Shown piece by piece: positions 1 to 12,200 of a DNA stretch of 64,000 nt. The notes under the pieces are model-generated. The model was given only the letters and a program-made list of their open reading frames with translations. It searched no databases and was not told where the DNA came from. The position numbers and the translations under genes were made by a program. The DNA comes from Anaeramoeba ignava BMAN (Eukaryota; Protista; Anaeramoebae), in NCBI GenBank assembly GCA_028826165.1, contig JAPDFW010000136.1, forward strand, positions 620,001-684,000, given 5' to 3'. The stretch's first letter is position 1, and the number at the start of each line of letters is the position of its first letter.

Positions 1-21
1 TAATTCACTTTTTTATTTAGA

Positions 22-1172
22 ATGCTTGAATGGGAACAAATAGAACCAACAGGAGACATTCCGCCAAACACATGTAAATGCGGATTTCTTACATTAAACG
101 AAGAACAAATCATAGTATTTGGGGGCTCATCCGGATTTGGGTACAACAACGATATATGGATACTCGATGTCAAAAAGAAGGAATGGAGTCTTATAGAAAC
201 AACGGGAGAGAAGCCTAGTCCACGTTCAGGCGTTACAGCAGTGATCTATAAGGATTCGTTATTTGTATTTGGCGGCTTTGATAGACGCAAATATTACGGT
301 AATTTTTCTCAAAATACTCGTTTTTTTCACAGAAGAAGAGGATCATTTTAGACATAAAAATCATCTTCTTTTTTCTCGCAAACCCAGATTATCACGACTA
401 ATTGTTGGAAAAACTAAATCGTAATGATTATTTCCAAAAAAAATTTACAGGTGATTTTTACAAATTGGATCTGAACACTTGGACATGGAAAGAACTACCA
501 CAAGGCCCTTCAGGTCGCCACTCGCACGTAGGGAATTTGTACGGAGATGACAAGTACATATTTGGCGGGCGGTTGAATACAGAAGGAAAGCGAGCAAACG
601 ATCTGTGGAAATATTCTATAAAATCGGAAAAATGGGAAGAAATGAAGCCATTTGGACATATTCCAAGTGCAAGATCTTCTTTAGTCAGTGCTGTTTTCGA
701 AGATTTGATGTTTATTTTTGGCGGAATTGATGACCAAGAAGAAGGACTGAATGATCTATATTCGTACTCATTTTCAAACAACACTTGGTCACTTATACAC
801 ACACAAGGCGAAGTGGAACCGCCTCTATGCGTTTCTCCCTCGGCGGTTCTCAGCGGCTCGTACCTGCTAGTTATCGGTGGTCAAAATAGAATTAATCATG
901 AAAGATTCGACTTCGATCATGTTTATGCGTTTGATATTCTTCGATCTGAATGGGAAAAATGGGATCCTGCTATTACTAAAAATCAAATGTCAAAGAGAAG
1001 CTGCCACGTTTCTGCAATGGTTGGCTCTAAAGTCGTTGTTTTTGGTGGCGAAGTTCTTGTTCCTGTCTCTTATTATAAACATATGAATGAAGTTTGGATT
1101 TTGCATCTTTTATCTGATCTTGTTAATGATTTGTCTCATTTTCAAAAGGAATTGATTTTTTGTGATGTTTAA
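22..1172 (+). CDS. Kelch-repeat beta-propeller protein; exons 22-298 and 451-1172 (possible further intron 1167-1274, see findings; the 5' end may lie upstream of the window)
   Basis: Six Kelch motifs (hydrophobic-FGG ... ND(L/I)W ... W). A phase-1 intron 299-450 (GTAATT...TTACAG) joins YYG|DFYK in frame. The ATG is preceded by TTTAG, so an upstream exon is possible. Confidence 0.88.
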
Positions 1173-1462
1173 AATTGAGATCTTTTTTTAGTCCTCAATT
1201 TATTCTTAAAATTAAAATAAAAATTCAAATTCAACTTAAAAATTAAAATTTAAAATTTAAAATTTAAAATTTAGAAAAGTGGAATAAAAAATTTTTTATT
1301 GAAATTTCAAGAAAATAAAATATTTTTTCATTTGACTTTTTGATAAGAATGTGAATTATTGATCCTTTTTCATTTAATTTTTCATTTAATTTTTCATTTA
1401 ATTTTTCATTTAATTTTTCATTTAATTTTTATTCAAATTAACTAAATTAATAATGTATAATA

Positions 1463-3403
1463 TTATTGTTTTTTTGGTTTTGATTTTTTGCAAGTTGGAA
1501 ATAAAGAAAATATAAATTGAAATAAAGAAAGTATAAATTGTAATAAAGTGAGCCAAAAAGTTAGGAAGAACATTAAATTTTTAGATAAGCATAAAAACGG
1601 TTTCATAAAGCAACTGGATTGATTTCTTATTTTTATTTTTAAATTGTTTTGAATATTTTTAATATTTATTTTGAATAATATTTATTTTATTATTTATTTG
1701 GAATAATATTTATTTTTAATATATATTTTGGATATTTATTTTGGATAATATTTATTTTGAATATTATTTATTTTGAATAATATTTATTTTAATATTTATT
1801 TTGGATAATATTTATTTTGGATATTATTTATTTTGGATAATATTTATTTTGAATAATATTTATTTTTAATAATTTATTTTTATTTTTAATGAATAATATT
1901 TATTTTGAATAAATTTATTTTTGAATAATATTATTTATTTTTGAATAATTTTTATTTTATTTATAATATTTATTTTGGAATAATATTTATTTTTGATTTT
2001 TAATATTTATTTTGGAATAATATTTATTTTGAATAATATTTATTTTTGAATAATATTTATTTTGAATTATTTTTATTTTGAATAATATTTATTTTTAATA
2101 TGTTTATTTTTTGAATAATATTTATTTTTGAATAATATTTTTATTTTGAATAATTTTTGAATTTATTTTTGAATAATATTTATTTTTGAATAATATTATT
2201 TATTTTAATATTTATTTTGAATAATATTTATTTTGATATATTTATTTTTGAATATTTATTTTGAATATTTATTTTGGATAATATTTATTTTGGATAATAT
2301 TTTATTTTGAATAATTTTTTTTATTTATTTTGGATAATATTTATTTTGAATAATATTTATTTTGAATAATTTATTTTATTTTGAATAATATTTATTTTGA
2401 ATAATAGTTGTTATTTACTTGAATAATATTTATTTTGAATAATATTTATTTTGGAATATTTTTATTTTGGATAATATTTATTTTATTTTGGAATAATATT
2501 TATTTTGGAATAATATTTATTTTGAATAATATTTATTTTGGAATAATATTTATTTTGGAATAATATTAATATTTATTTTGAATATTTATTTTGAATAATA
2601 TTTATTTTGAATAATATTTATTTTGATTAATATTTATTTTTAATAATATTTATTTTGAATAATATTTATTTTATTATTTATTTTTTGAATATTTTTAATA
2701 TTTATTTTGATTAATATTTATTTTGGATATTATTTATTTTGAATAATATTTATTTTATTATTTATTTTGAATATTATTTATTTTATTATTTATTTTGAAT
2801 ATTATTTATTTTGAATAATATTTATTTTGGATAATATTTATTTTGAATATTTATTTGGAATAATATTTATTTTGAATATTTATTTGGAATAATATTTATT
2901 TTGGAATAATATTTATTTTAGATAATATTTATTTTGAATATTTGTACTTTTGTAATTCACTATCACTTATATCAAGGTTATCCATATCATTTTGACTCAG
3001 AATTTCATCTGTATCACTTGAATCATCCTCTACATCAATTTTTGGTTCTTCTAAATCTTTATCTATTTTAAAAGATTTAGAATCTTTTTTTACTTCAAAA
3101 TCTCTTTGAATTAGAAAATTTTGTCCAATCCAATTTCTCACTTCGGCTTTAATATTATGCTTTCCAATTTTTAAATTAACTACTTTTGGTTTAGTTCTGC
3201 CATTTTCTGTTGGCAATTCCTCTTTTGGCTATTTTTGAATTTTTTAATTTTTTAATTTTTAAATTTTTTAATTTTTAAATTTTTTAATTTTTAAATTTTT
3301 TAATTTTTTAATTTTTAATTTAAACCATCTCATCAATTTGAATTATAACTGTTTGTGCAAATTTTCCATATTTAATTCTAATAGGAATTGTTTCTTCATT
3401 CAT
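1463..3403 (-). CDS. Paralog A of an unknown tail-anchored family (173 aa); exons 3403-3326, 3228-2948, 1625-1463
   Basis: MNEETIPIRIKYGKFAQTVIIQIDEM|PKEELPTENG...LKIGKHNIKAEV... The first intron is GTTTAA..AATAG (phase 0). The second, GTACAA..ATAAG (phase 2), spans the 1.3-kb repeat and joins in frame to a hydrophobic last exon ...CFMKPFLCLSKNLMFFLTFWLTLLQFILSLFQFIFSLFPTCKKSKPKKQ*. Confidence 0.75.
1640..2940. repeat. Degenerate ~16-nt tandem repeat (GAATAATATTTATTTT) filling intron 2 of paralog A
   Basis: Seen directly. G occurs on the + strand and C is almost absent, so the gene's sense strand is nearly G-free. Confidence 0.92.
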
Positions 3404-3610
3404 TTTTTTGAAAAAGGAAAAAAGGAAAAAAAGGAAAAAATGAAAAATTAAAAATGAAAAAATTGTTTCAATTTTCTTTTTGTTTTTAATTAATCAGAAA
3501 TAGATTTTTTTTCTTTTTTTTTTGAAAGGAAAAAGAAAAATTTGGAAAGAAAAATTGGAAAAAGAAAAATTTGAGAATTTTTGATTTGAATCAATTATTT
3601 TCCAAAAAAT

Positions 3611-5459
3611 TCAAAAATAGAAGTGATTCAACTTATTTTTGTTGATTAAATATTTCTTTTTTAAGAAATTCAACGAACTGAACGAAAGATATACGAAAAG
3701 AATCATTAATAATAGCATTCCTATAGGTTTGAAAAATTCCAGAAATATATGAGATATACTTTTTAATTTTTGATTTTGTTGTGGTTCTTCTTGTGGTTTA
3801 ACTTTTTTTGGTTTTTCATAAGTTTTTGGTTTAATTTTTGGTTTTATATGAGGTCTTTTTGGTTTGTTCTCATTTCTTTGTTCAGGTTTTTTTTTTCTAA
3901 AAAATGAAAAAAAAAACTCAAAAATCTTAAATAAAAACAATATTGCTAATATATCTTTGCAAGATTTTTTAATATAATACCCTGAATCGATTCTTTCCTG
4001 CATTTCATCAATCTCATCAATATCATCATTTTCAATTTTAATCTCATTTTGATTTTCATTTTCATTTTGATTTTGATTTTCAATTTTGATTTTGATTTTG
4101 ATTTTGATTTTCATTTTCATTTTCATTTTGATTTTCATTTTGATTTTGATTTTCGTTTTGATTTTCGTTTTGATTTTCATTTTGATTTTCATTTTGATTT
4201 TGATTTTCGTTTTGATTTTCATTTTGATTTTCAATTTCATTTTCATTTTGATTTTCATTTTCGTTTTGATTTTCATTTTGGTTTTGATTTTCATTTTGAT
4301 TTTGATTTTGGTTTTCATTTTGATTTTCATTTTGATTTTCATTTTGATTTTCATTTTGATTTTCATTTTGATTTTCGTTTTGATTTTCAATTTCATTTTG
4401 ATTTTCGTTTTGATTTTCAATTTGGTTTTGATTTTGATTTTCGTTTTGATTTTCATTTTCAATTTGATTTTGATTTTGATTTTCATTTTGATTTTCATTT
4501 TCAATTTCATTTTGATTTTCATTTTCAATTTCATTTTGATTTTCGTTTTGATTTTCATTTTGATTTTCATTTTGATTTTCGTTTTGATTTTCATTTTGAT
4601 TTTGATTTTCATTTTGATTTTCATTTTGATTTTGATTTTCGTTTTGATTTTCGTTTTGATTTTCATTTTGATTTTTGATTTTGATTTTGGTTTTGATTTT
4701 CATTTTGATTTTGATTTTCGATTTTGATTTTCGTTTTGATTTTCATTTTGATTTTGATTTTGATTTTCGTTTTGATTTTGATTTTGATTTTGATTTTGAT
4801 TTTTGATTTTGATTTTGATTTTGATTTTGATTTTGATTTTGATTTTGATTTTGATTTTGATTTTCATTTTTAATTTCGTTTTCAATTTGATTTTGATTTT
4901 GATTTTGATTTTGATTTTGATTTTGATTTTGATTTTGATTTTGATTTTCATTTTTAATTTCGTTTTCAATTTGATTTTGGTTTTGATTTTGGTTTTGATT
5001 TTGATTATCATCTGAATCACCTAAATCATCTGAAACATCTGAATCATCTTCATCTGAATCATCTTGTTTTTCATCTTCATTTTCATAATATCCATCTCCA
5101 TTTTCATAATCTCCATCTTCATTAAAACTAATTGTTGTTGCTTTTGTTATATTAATATTTTTATCAATAGTATTATCTCTATCACTTTTTGACCATTCTT
5201 CCAATAATAGTATAATATGATGTTTCCCTTTTTTTAAATGAAATGTTTTTCTAAAATAAGGGCTTTCGTGATTTAATGCTTCTTTTGGCTAATTTTTTTT
5301 ATTGTTAAATTTTTTGAATGCGAATTTTTTTTATAAATTAAAAAATAAAAAGAAAAATTATAAATTAAAATAAATTCAAACCAAATCATCGATTTTAATT
5401 GAGACTCCTTTTAATTGTTTTCTAATTTGAATTTGAACTGAAACTTCGTCTTCATCCAT
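3611..5459 (-). CDS. Paralog B of the unknown family (~585 aa): head, acidic patch, long N/Q/E stalk and two C-terminal hydrophobic segments; exons 5459-5382 and 5288-3611, with several apparent indels in the repeat
   Basis: MDEDEVSVQIQIRKQLKGVSIKIDDL|PKEALNHESPYFRKTFHLKKGKHHIILLLEEW... The intron is GTTTGA..TTAG (phase 0). The NQ/EN reading hops between track ORFs 4743-5204, 4700-5020, 4080-4703 and 3611-4666. Confidence 0.75.
4030..5010 (-). repeat. Coding hexamer microsatellite (AATCAA/AATGAA/AACGAA) encoding (NQ/NE)n
   Basis: Seen directly as TTTTGA/TTTTCA/TTTTCG units on the + strand. Confidence 0.92.
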
Positions 5460-5702
5460 TTTCTTTTTTTTTTATTATTTAAAAAGGAAAAAAAAAAGGA
5501 AAAATGAAAAAAATGAAAAAAATGATTTTTTAATTTTTTTTTTAACGAAACTTTCTTAAAAATTAAAAATAAAATTAAAAATTAAAATTAAAAATTAAAA
5601 TTAAAATTAAAATAAAAACTTTTGTTTGTTTGTTTGTTTTTGTTTTTGTTTGTTTTTTGAAAAGAAGAAATAAAAAAAAGAAGAATTTTGAGATTTTTTG
5701 AA

Positions 5703-8700
5703 TTAAAGAAACTTTTTCAAAATTTCAAAAAAAGAATTAATCAAATCAACAAAATTATGAATTTTATTTAGCTTGCGATTTTCATAATTTGTAAAACTTC
5801 TGTAAATATTGAATATGAAGAGAATTATCAAGAGAATCATTAGAATACTTAATAGAATTTCTAAAGAGAAGTTGGTAACCTTTTTAGCTACAATTTCAGT
5901 TTTTGTTTCTGGAATTGTTTCTATTTCTTTACCGTGTGAAGTAATATCTGTTTTTGTTGGTTTTGTTATTGGTTTTGTTATTGGTTTTGTTATTGGTTTT
6001 GTTATTGGTTTTGTTATTGGTTTTGTTATTGGTTTTTTATTATATTCTTTTTGTTTTTCTTGTTCTTCTGATTTAATATCTGTTGTTATTGGTTTTGTTA
6101 TTGGTTTTTTATTATCTTCTTTTTGTTTTTCTTCTTCTTGTGATTTAATATCTGTTGTTATTGATTTTGTTATTGGTTTTGTTATTGGTTTATCTTTATC
6201 TTCTTTTTGTTTTTCTTGTTCTTGTGATTTAATATCTGTTGTTGATTTTGTTATTGGTTTTTGATTATCTTTATCTTTATCTTCTTCTTGTGATTTAATA
6301 TCTGTTGTTATTGATTTTGTTATTGGTTTTGTTATTGGTTTATCTTTATCTTCTTTTTGTTTTTCTTGTTCTTGTGAATTAATATCTGTTGTTATTGGTT
6401 TTGTTATTGGTTTTTGATTATCTTGATCTTGTTTTTCTTGTTCTTGTGATTTAATATCTGTTGTTATTGATGTTGTTATTGGTTTTTGATTATCTTGATC
6501 TTGTTTTTCTTGTTCTTGTGAATTAATATCTTGATTTGTTTTTTGTTCTTTTTCTTGTGAATTAAGATTTTGATTTGTTTTTTGTTCTTTTTCTTTTTCT
6601 TTATCTTCATCTTTTTCTTGTGAATTAAGATCTTGATTTGTTTCTGTTTCTTTATCTTGTGAATTAAGATTTTGATTTTTTTCTGTTTCTTTATCTTGTG
6701 AATTAAGATTTTGATTTTGATTTTTTTCTTTTTGTTTTTTTGTGAATTATCTTGATCTTGTTCTTTTTCTTTTTCTTTATCTTTTTCTTGTGAATTAAGA
6801 TTTTGATTTGTTTCTGTTTCTTTATCTTGTGAATTAAGATTTTGATTTGTTTTTTGTTCTTTTTGTTCTTTTTTTTGATTATCTTGATCTTGTTCTTTTT
6901 GTTTTTCTTTTTCTTGTGAATTAAGATCTTGATTTGTTTCTGTTTCTTTATCTTGTGAATTAAGATCTTGATTTGTTTTTTGTTCTTTATCTTGTGAATT
7001 AAGATCTTGATTTGTTTTTTGTTCTTTTTCTTGTGAATTAAGATTTTGATTTGTTTTTTGTTCTTTTTCTTTTCTTTATCTTTTTCTTGTGAATTAAGAT
7101 CTTGATTTGTTTCTGTTTCTTTATCTTGTGAATTAAGATTTTGATTTGTTTTTTGTTCTTTTTGTTCTTTTTTTTGATTATCTTGATCTTGATCTTTTTT
7201 TTGTTTTTCTTTTTCTTGTGAATTAAGATTTTGATTTTTTCTGTTTCTTTTTCTTGTGAATTAAGATCTTGATTTGTTTTTTGTTCTTTTTCTTGTGAAT
7301 TAAGATTTTGATTTGTTTTTTGTTCTTTTTCTTGTGAATTAAGATCTTGATTTGTTTCTGTTTCTTTTTCTTGTGAATTAAGATTTTGATTTGTTTTTTG
7401 TTCTTTTTTTTTCTTGTGAATTAAAATTTTGATTTGTTTCTGTTTCTTTATCTTGTGAATTAAGATTTTGATTTGTTTTTTGTTCTTTTTCTTGTGAATT
7501 AAGATTTTGATTTGTTTTTTGTTCTTTTTGTTCTTTTTTTTGATTATCTTGATCTTGTTCTTTTTTTTGTTTTTCTTTTTCTTGTGAATTAAGATTTTGA
7601 TTTGTTTCTGTTTCTTTATCTTGTGAATTAAGATTTTGATTTGTTTTTTGTTCTTTTTGTTCTTTTTTTTGATTATCTTGTTCTTTTTGTTTCTTGTTCT
7701 TGTGAACGTTTCTTGTGAATTAAGATTTTGATTTGTTTTTGTTCTTTTTGTTCTTTTTGAATTAAGATCATTTGATTTGTTTTTTGTTCTTTTTCTTGTG
7801 AATTAAGATTTTGATTTGTTTCTGTTTCTTTTTCTTGTGAATTAAGATTTTGATTTTTGTTCTTTTGTTCTTTTTGATTTGTTTGTTCTTTTTCTTGTGA
7901 ATTAAGATTTTGATTTGTTTCTGTTTCTTTTTATCTTGTGAATTAAGATTTTGATTTGTTTTTGTTCTTTTTCTTGTGAATTAAGATTTTGATTTGTTTT
8001 TTGTTCTTTTTGTTCTTTTTTTTGATTATCTTGATCTTGTTCTTTTTTTTGTTTTTCTTTTTCTTGTGAATTAAGATCTTGATTTGTTTCTGTTTCTTTA
8101 TCTTGTGAATTAAGATTTTGATTTGTTTTTTGTTCTTTTTGTTCTTTTTCTTGTGGATTAAAATTTTGATTTGTTTCTGTTTCTTTATCTTGTGAATTAA
8201 GATTTTGATTTTTTTTTTGTTCTTTTTGTTCTTTTTTTTGATTATCTTGATCTTGTTCTTTTTTTTGTTTTTCTTTTTCTTGTGGATTAAGATTTTGATT
8301 TGTTTCTGTTTCTTTATCTTGTGAATTAAAATTTTGTGGAGTTTTTTTGAGATTTTGAGATAAAGAAAATATCTTTCTAGCTGAATCTTGAAATGATAAC
8401 TTTTTTATTAATGGAGGATGTTTTTCTGTTTCTAGTTTTCTATTTTTTGAAGGGCTAGTTGGATTTGTTGGAAGTTCAAGAGATTGAGTTAGTCTTTCTT
8501 TTCTAATTTCACGTTTGGAAGATGATTTTCGGTTTAGAGTTTGATTTTGATTATCATTTTGATTATCATTTTGATTATCATTATTATCATTTTCATTTTG
8601 AATTTCATTTTTATTTTGAATTTCATTTTTAATTTCATTTGAATCACCTAAATCATTTGAATCACCTAAATCATTTGAATCACCTAAATCATCTGAATCA

Positions 8701-9140
8701 CCTAAATCATCTGAAACACCTGAATCTTCATCTTCATCTGAATCAACTCGTCTTTCATCTATTAAGAAATTTTTGGAATCTTTATTTACTTCAATTTCTT
8801 TTTGATAAAAAGATGTTTCTCCAACTTTAGGAGTTCGCCATATTTTAACAATATGTTTTCCAGGTCTTAAATTAAACATTTTAATATGAGATAAATTATT
8901 GCTTTTTTTTTGGAGATTTTCTTTTGGCTAAATAAATAAAGTTGTTTTATTTTTATTTTTTTATTATTTTTTTATTATTGGTTCGTTAAAATTTTTGTTT
9001 TTTTGTTTTTTGTTTTTTGTTTTTTGTTTTTGTTGTTTGTGTAAAATGCAAACCATTTCTCCAATTTGAATTGTAACTTTATTATCGTTTCCATGAGTTT
9101 CAAGTGAGATAGGAATTGTTTTTTCTTCTTCTTGACTCAT
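5703..9140 (-). CDS. Paralog C of the unknown family (~1100 aa): head, acidic repeats, very long repetitive stalk and a C-terminal TM helix; exons 9140-9054 and 8927-5703, with multiple indels in the repeat
   Basis: MSQEEEKTIPISLETHGNDNKVTIQIGEM|PKENLQKKSNNLSHIKMFNLRPGKHIVKIW... The intron is GTTTGC..TTTAG (phase 0). The C-terminus reads ...[60 protein letters not shown]. Confidence 0.72.
5950..8340 (-). repeat. Coding minisatellite of paralog C: NLNSQDKETETNQ / NLNSQEKEQKTNQ units, then DIKSQEQEKQ...KPIT units and a 12-nt KPIT array
   Basis: Recurrent TCTTGTGAATTAAGATTTTGATTTG and TTTTGTTATTGG on the + strand. Confidence 0.9.
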
Positions 9141-9243
9141 TATTTCTTAATTTAAAAAAAAAATGGAAAAAAAAAATGATTTTGCTTTTCTTTCTTTTTA
9201 TTTTAAAAAAAAAAAATAATTAATTAATTAATGAATGAATTAA

Positions 9244-12200
9244 TTAAAAAAAAGAATTGATTCGACGAATTTGATGGAAATCAAAAGACTCAAGTTTTTG
9301 TTTGTATTTTTTATCTTTTGATGCTTTTAAGAAAATATCTGATTTCAAAAAAGAGGAATAAGCATTAGAAACAGTTGGAATAATTTCAAAAACGGCTTTT
9401 TGGAAAAGATCTGAATCAGGAATTTCATCAGCAAAATTAATCTCAATTTCATTTCTTGTAATATCGGAAAGAGGAAGAGCTTCTATTGAGTCTTGGGCGA
9501 TGAACCGGTTAAATATGATTTGGGCAAGTTCTTTTTTTTCTTTGCTTCTTTTATCAAGCAAAATATATTGAACAACAAGTTCATAAAAATCAAAAGCAAT
9601 TTGGATATATTCTGACTCTGTATTTGTGAGCCAATCAACAAAATCAGCGCGTAAGTTGAAATCAACAAATAAACGTTGAAGTTTTTGCATGTCGTTTTGA
9701 TCATCAACAACTGCTTCTTTTTCAAACATTTTTAAAACTTCTTCGTCAATTTGATCTGGTTTTTCTGTTTCCAAATTTGCGTTTTGTGAATCAAGAACAA
9801 TTTCCGTTTTTTCATCATCTTCAACATCTGTTTGAGAAAGGGATTCAGTTGATGACATTAGTTTTTCCTCATCCAATTGCATTTTTTCAATTTCTGCCAT
9901 TTCTTGCTCGAAATCTTGAAGCATTTTCAGTGTGGAATCATATTTTGTTAATGGTGCAAATGATTTCCGTAGTTTGAGTGCTTGATTTGATTCTGGAATT
10001 GTGATTTCATTTGCTACTTTTTCATATGATTCAAATCGTGATATTGGTTTTAAATTTGATGTTCTTATTGATTTTGCAATAGGAGATAGTATATTTGCTC
10101 CAAGCATATCTCCTTTGTTTATTTGGTTGACATCAATTTGAAGAGAAGTTGTTTCTTTTTCTTTTTCTTTTTCTTTTTTTGGATCTTTTGAAATTATGTT
10201 TGTTAATCTTGATGATCCTCTTCTATTTTTATCAAGGTGTTTTTGCGGAATATTCGCAATATTATCGAGATCGATATCAATGCTATCAATATCATTATCG
10301 ATTTTGAATTCATTTTCGAATTCATTTTCGAATTCGTTTTCATTTTTATTTATATTTTCATTTTGATTTTCATTTTGATTTTCATTTTGATTTTCATTTT
10401 CATTTTGATTTTCATTTTGATTTTCATTTTGATTTTGATTTTGATTTTCATTTTGTTTTTCACTTTGATTTTGATTTTCACTTTGTTTTTCACTTTGATT
10501 TTTCACTTTGATTTTCGCTTTCAGTCTGTGAATCTTGCTCAAATTGACTCTCAACATCGGAAAATGAATAGAAAAATATCAAAGAAGAAAAAGTAAGAAG
10601 AATTTCGTCAAAACAAAGAGTAATTGAATCATCAAAAGGATTCTTAGCATTCAAAGAAGAATGTTCGACAAAGTTTTGGAAATCAGTATCAAGTGTTGCG
10701 ACAGACAATATTTTGGACGCAAAAGGCTGGAATTCAGTCTCGAGATGGGACTTTGCGGTATCGACGATTTTGGAGAAAAGAGGAATAAGACTGGGGGATT
10801 TTCTTGATTCTTGGAGGAAAATAAGACAGACCTCAAATAAATACTTCATGAATTTAGCAGGAGCATTTGCAATCATTAGCGAGAGAATCTCGATCAGATA
10901 GGAAGCATGCTTTGCGAAGAAGACACGATAGAGCTCGTGGCAGACTTGATAAAGAAAACGGTTTGTGGTTTCGAGGGATAAATCAAGCTGAGGAAAGAAC
11001 CGCTCTTTGAACAAAGAAGACAATCCACGAAGATCCTTTTGGATGATTCGAGTGGCAATGAATTGGGAAAGTGAGATTGCCTCGAGAAGCTCTTGATCAA
11101 TCTCCTTAGCCACAACGCCGAAGAATTTAGACTCAAAAAGATGCATGAACCAAACAAGAAGCGAAATTATTGAAACAAACACGTGGCGTTGGGAAAAATC
11201 AGCGATATTTTCGTGATTGATTGAGATCAATTTAGCTGTCATTTTGAGAGTCTTTTCAAAGGTGGAATAGTAGGAGAAACCGTTGACTAGAAGAGGAAGA
11301 AGACCGTGGAAATATGAGGGCCAAAGACCAGGCATTTCGAAGGGGTTGAGGATGTTGGCGTTGAATTTGACGCCAGTTTGAGAGATGAATTCGACTTGCG
11401 GGAGAAAGTATGTCGATGGCAGCCTCAAATATATTTGAAAAGGGAGAGTCCTTGAGATTCATGAGAAGCACAGAGACCCAAAATAGGTGTGGAAAACGGA
11501 GATGTTTTGTTTGGCGGAGGTCTTGGTCAAGAAGATCCTTGATAACACGGACTAAGCTCGAAAACCGGGTCTGATAGAGAAGCTGATTGCCGCTGTTGTG
11601 TTCGATAGACATGATTTTGTCATTCGATTTCTTGCGCTCGGAAAAGCGTTTGACAAGCATTGTCTTTGTTTTTGTGCGATAGTCGTTATTGCATCTGAGA
11701 AGGAAAAAAATGTTGATCATCATAGTTTTCACGAAATTGATTTCCAGGGAAGATCTAAGCACCGCAAGCACTTGCATTGCGCAGATTGCAAGAAGTGAAT
11801 CAACGCAATATAAACTCCATTTCTGCGCCTCACGTCCCCATTTTTGGAGGACAGATTGCAAAAGATTTGTCTCAAGTGCGCGACGCAACGCAGAGATAAA
11901 ACTATCATAACCAAAGCCCTTGCCATGTGTGGAGCGTAGATCCTCGGGTAGCTCCTCCTGTGGCTGATGCTTCCCAAGATCGACCCAAAATAGAACTGTT
12001 GAGTATCCGGATAATTGCTTGAGAAATCGGACTGTTTTGGAAAGCCGTTCAATTTCTTCTTTTTGATCTGGATCATTTACTTGAACGTGTTCCAGAAGAA
12101 AACCAAAGATTTCCGCAACAAACAATATCGTGTCGGAAAGCTCCTGATCGAATATTCTGCGCTGGCACTTGACACCGATACGCAGAATTGCATAATTAAG

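Noticed and set aside
4049-5020. ORFs of IKIK, ILIL and FDFH type (also 29480-30251, 52629-53563, 62465-63122, 63617-63994)
   Set aside because: Alternative frames or antisense of hexamer repeats that contain no stop codons; the real frame is N/Q/E or intronic.
5809-6264. Hydrophobic plus-strand ORF (VIGF repeats)
   Set aside because: Antisense shadow of the KPIT repeats of paralog C.
6500-8340. Regularly recurring TCTTGTGAATTAAGAT as a CRISPR-like array
   Set aside because: The 'spacers' are themselves repetitive and keep codon periodicity. It is a coding minisatellite in a eukaryotic gene, with no cas genes.
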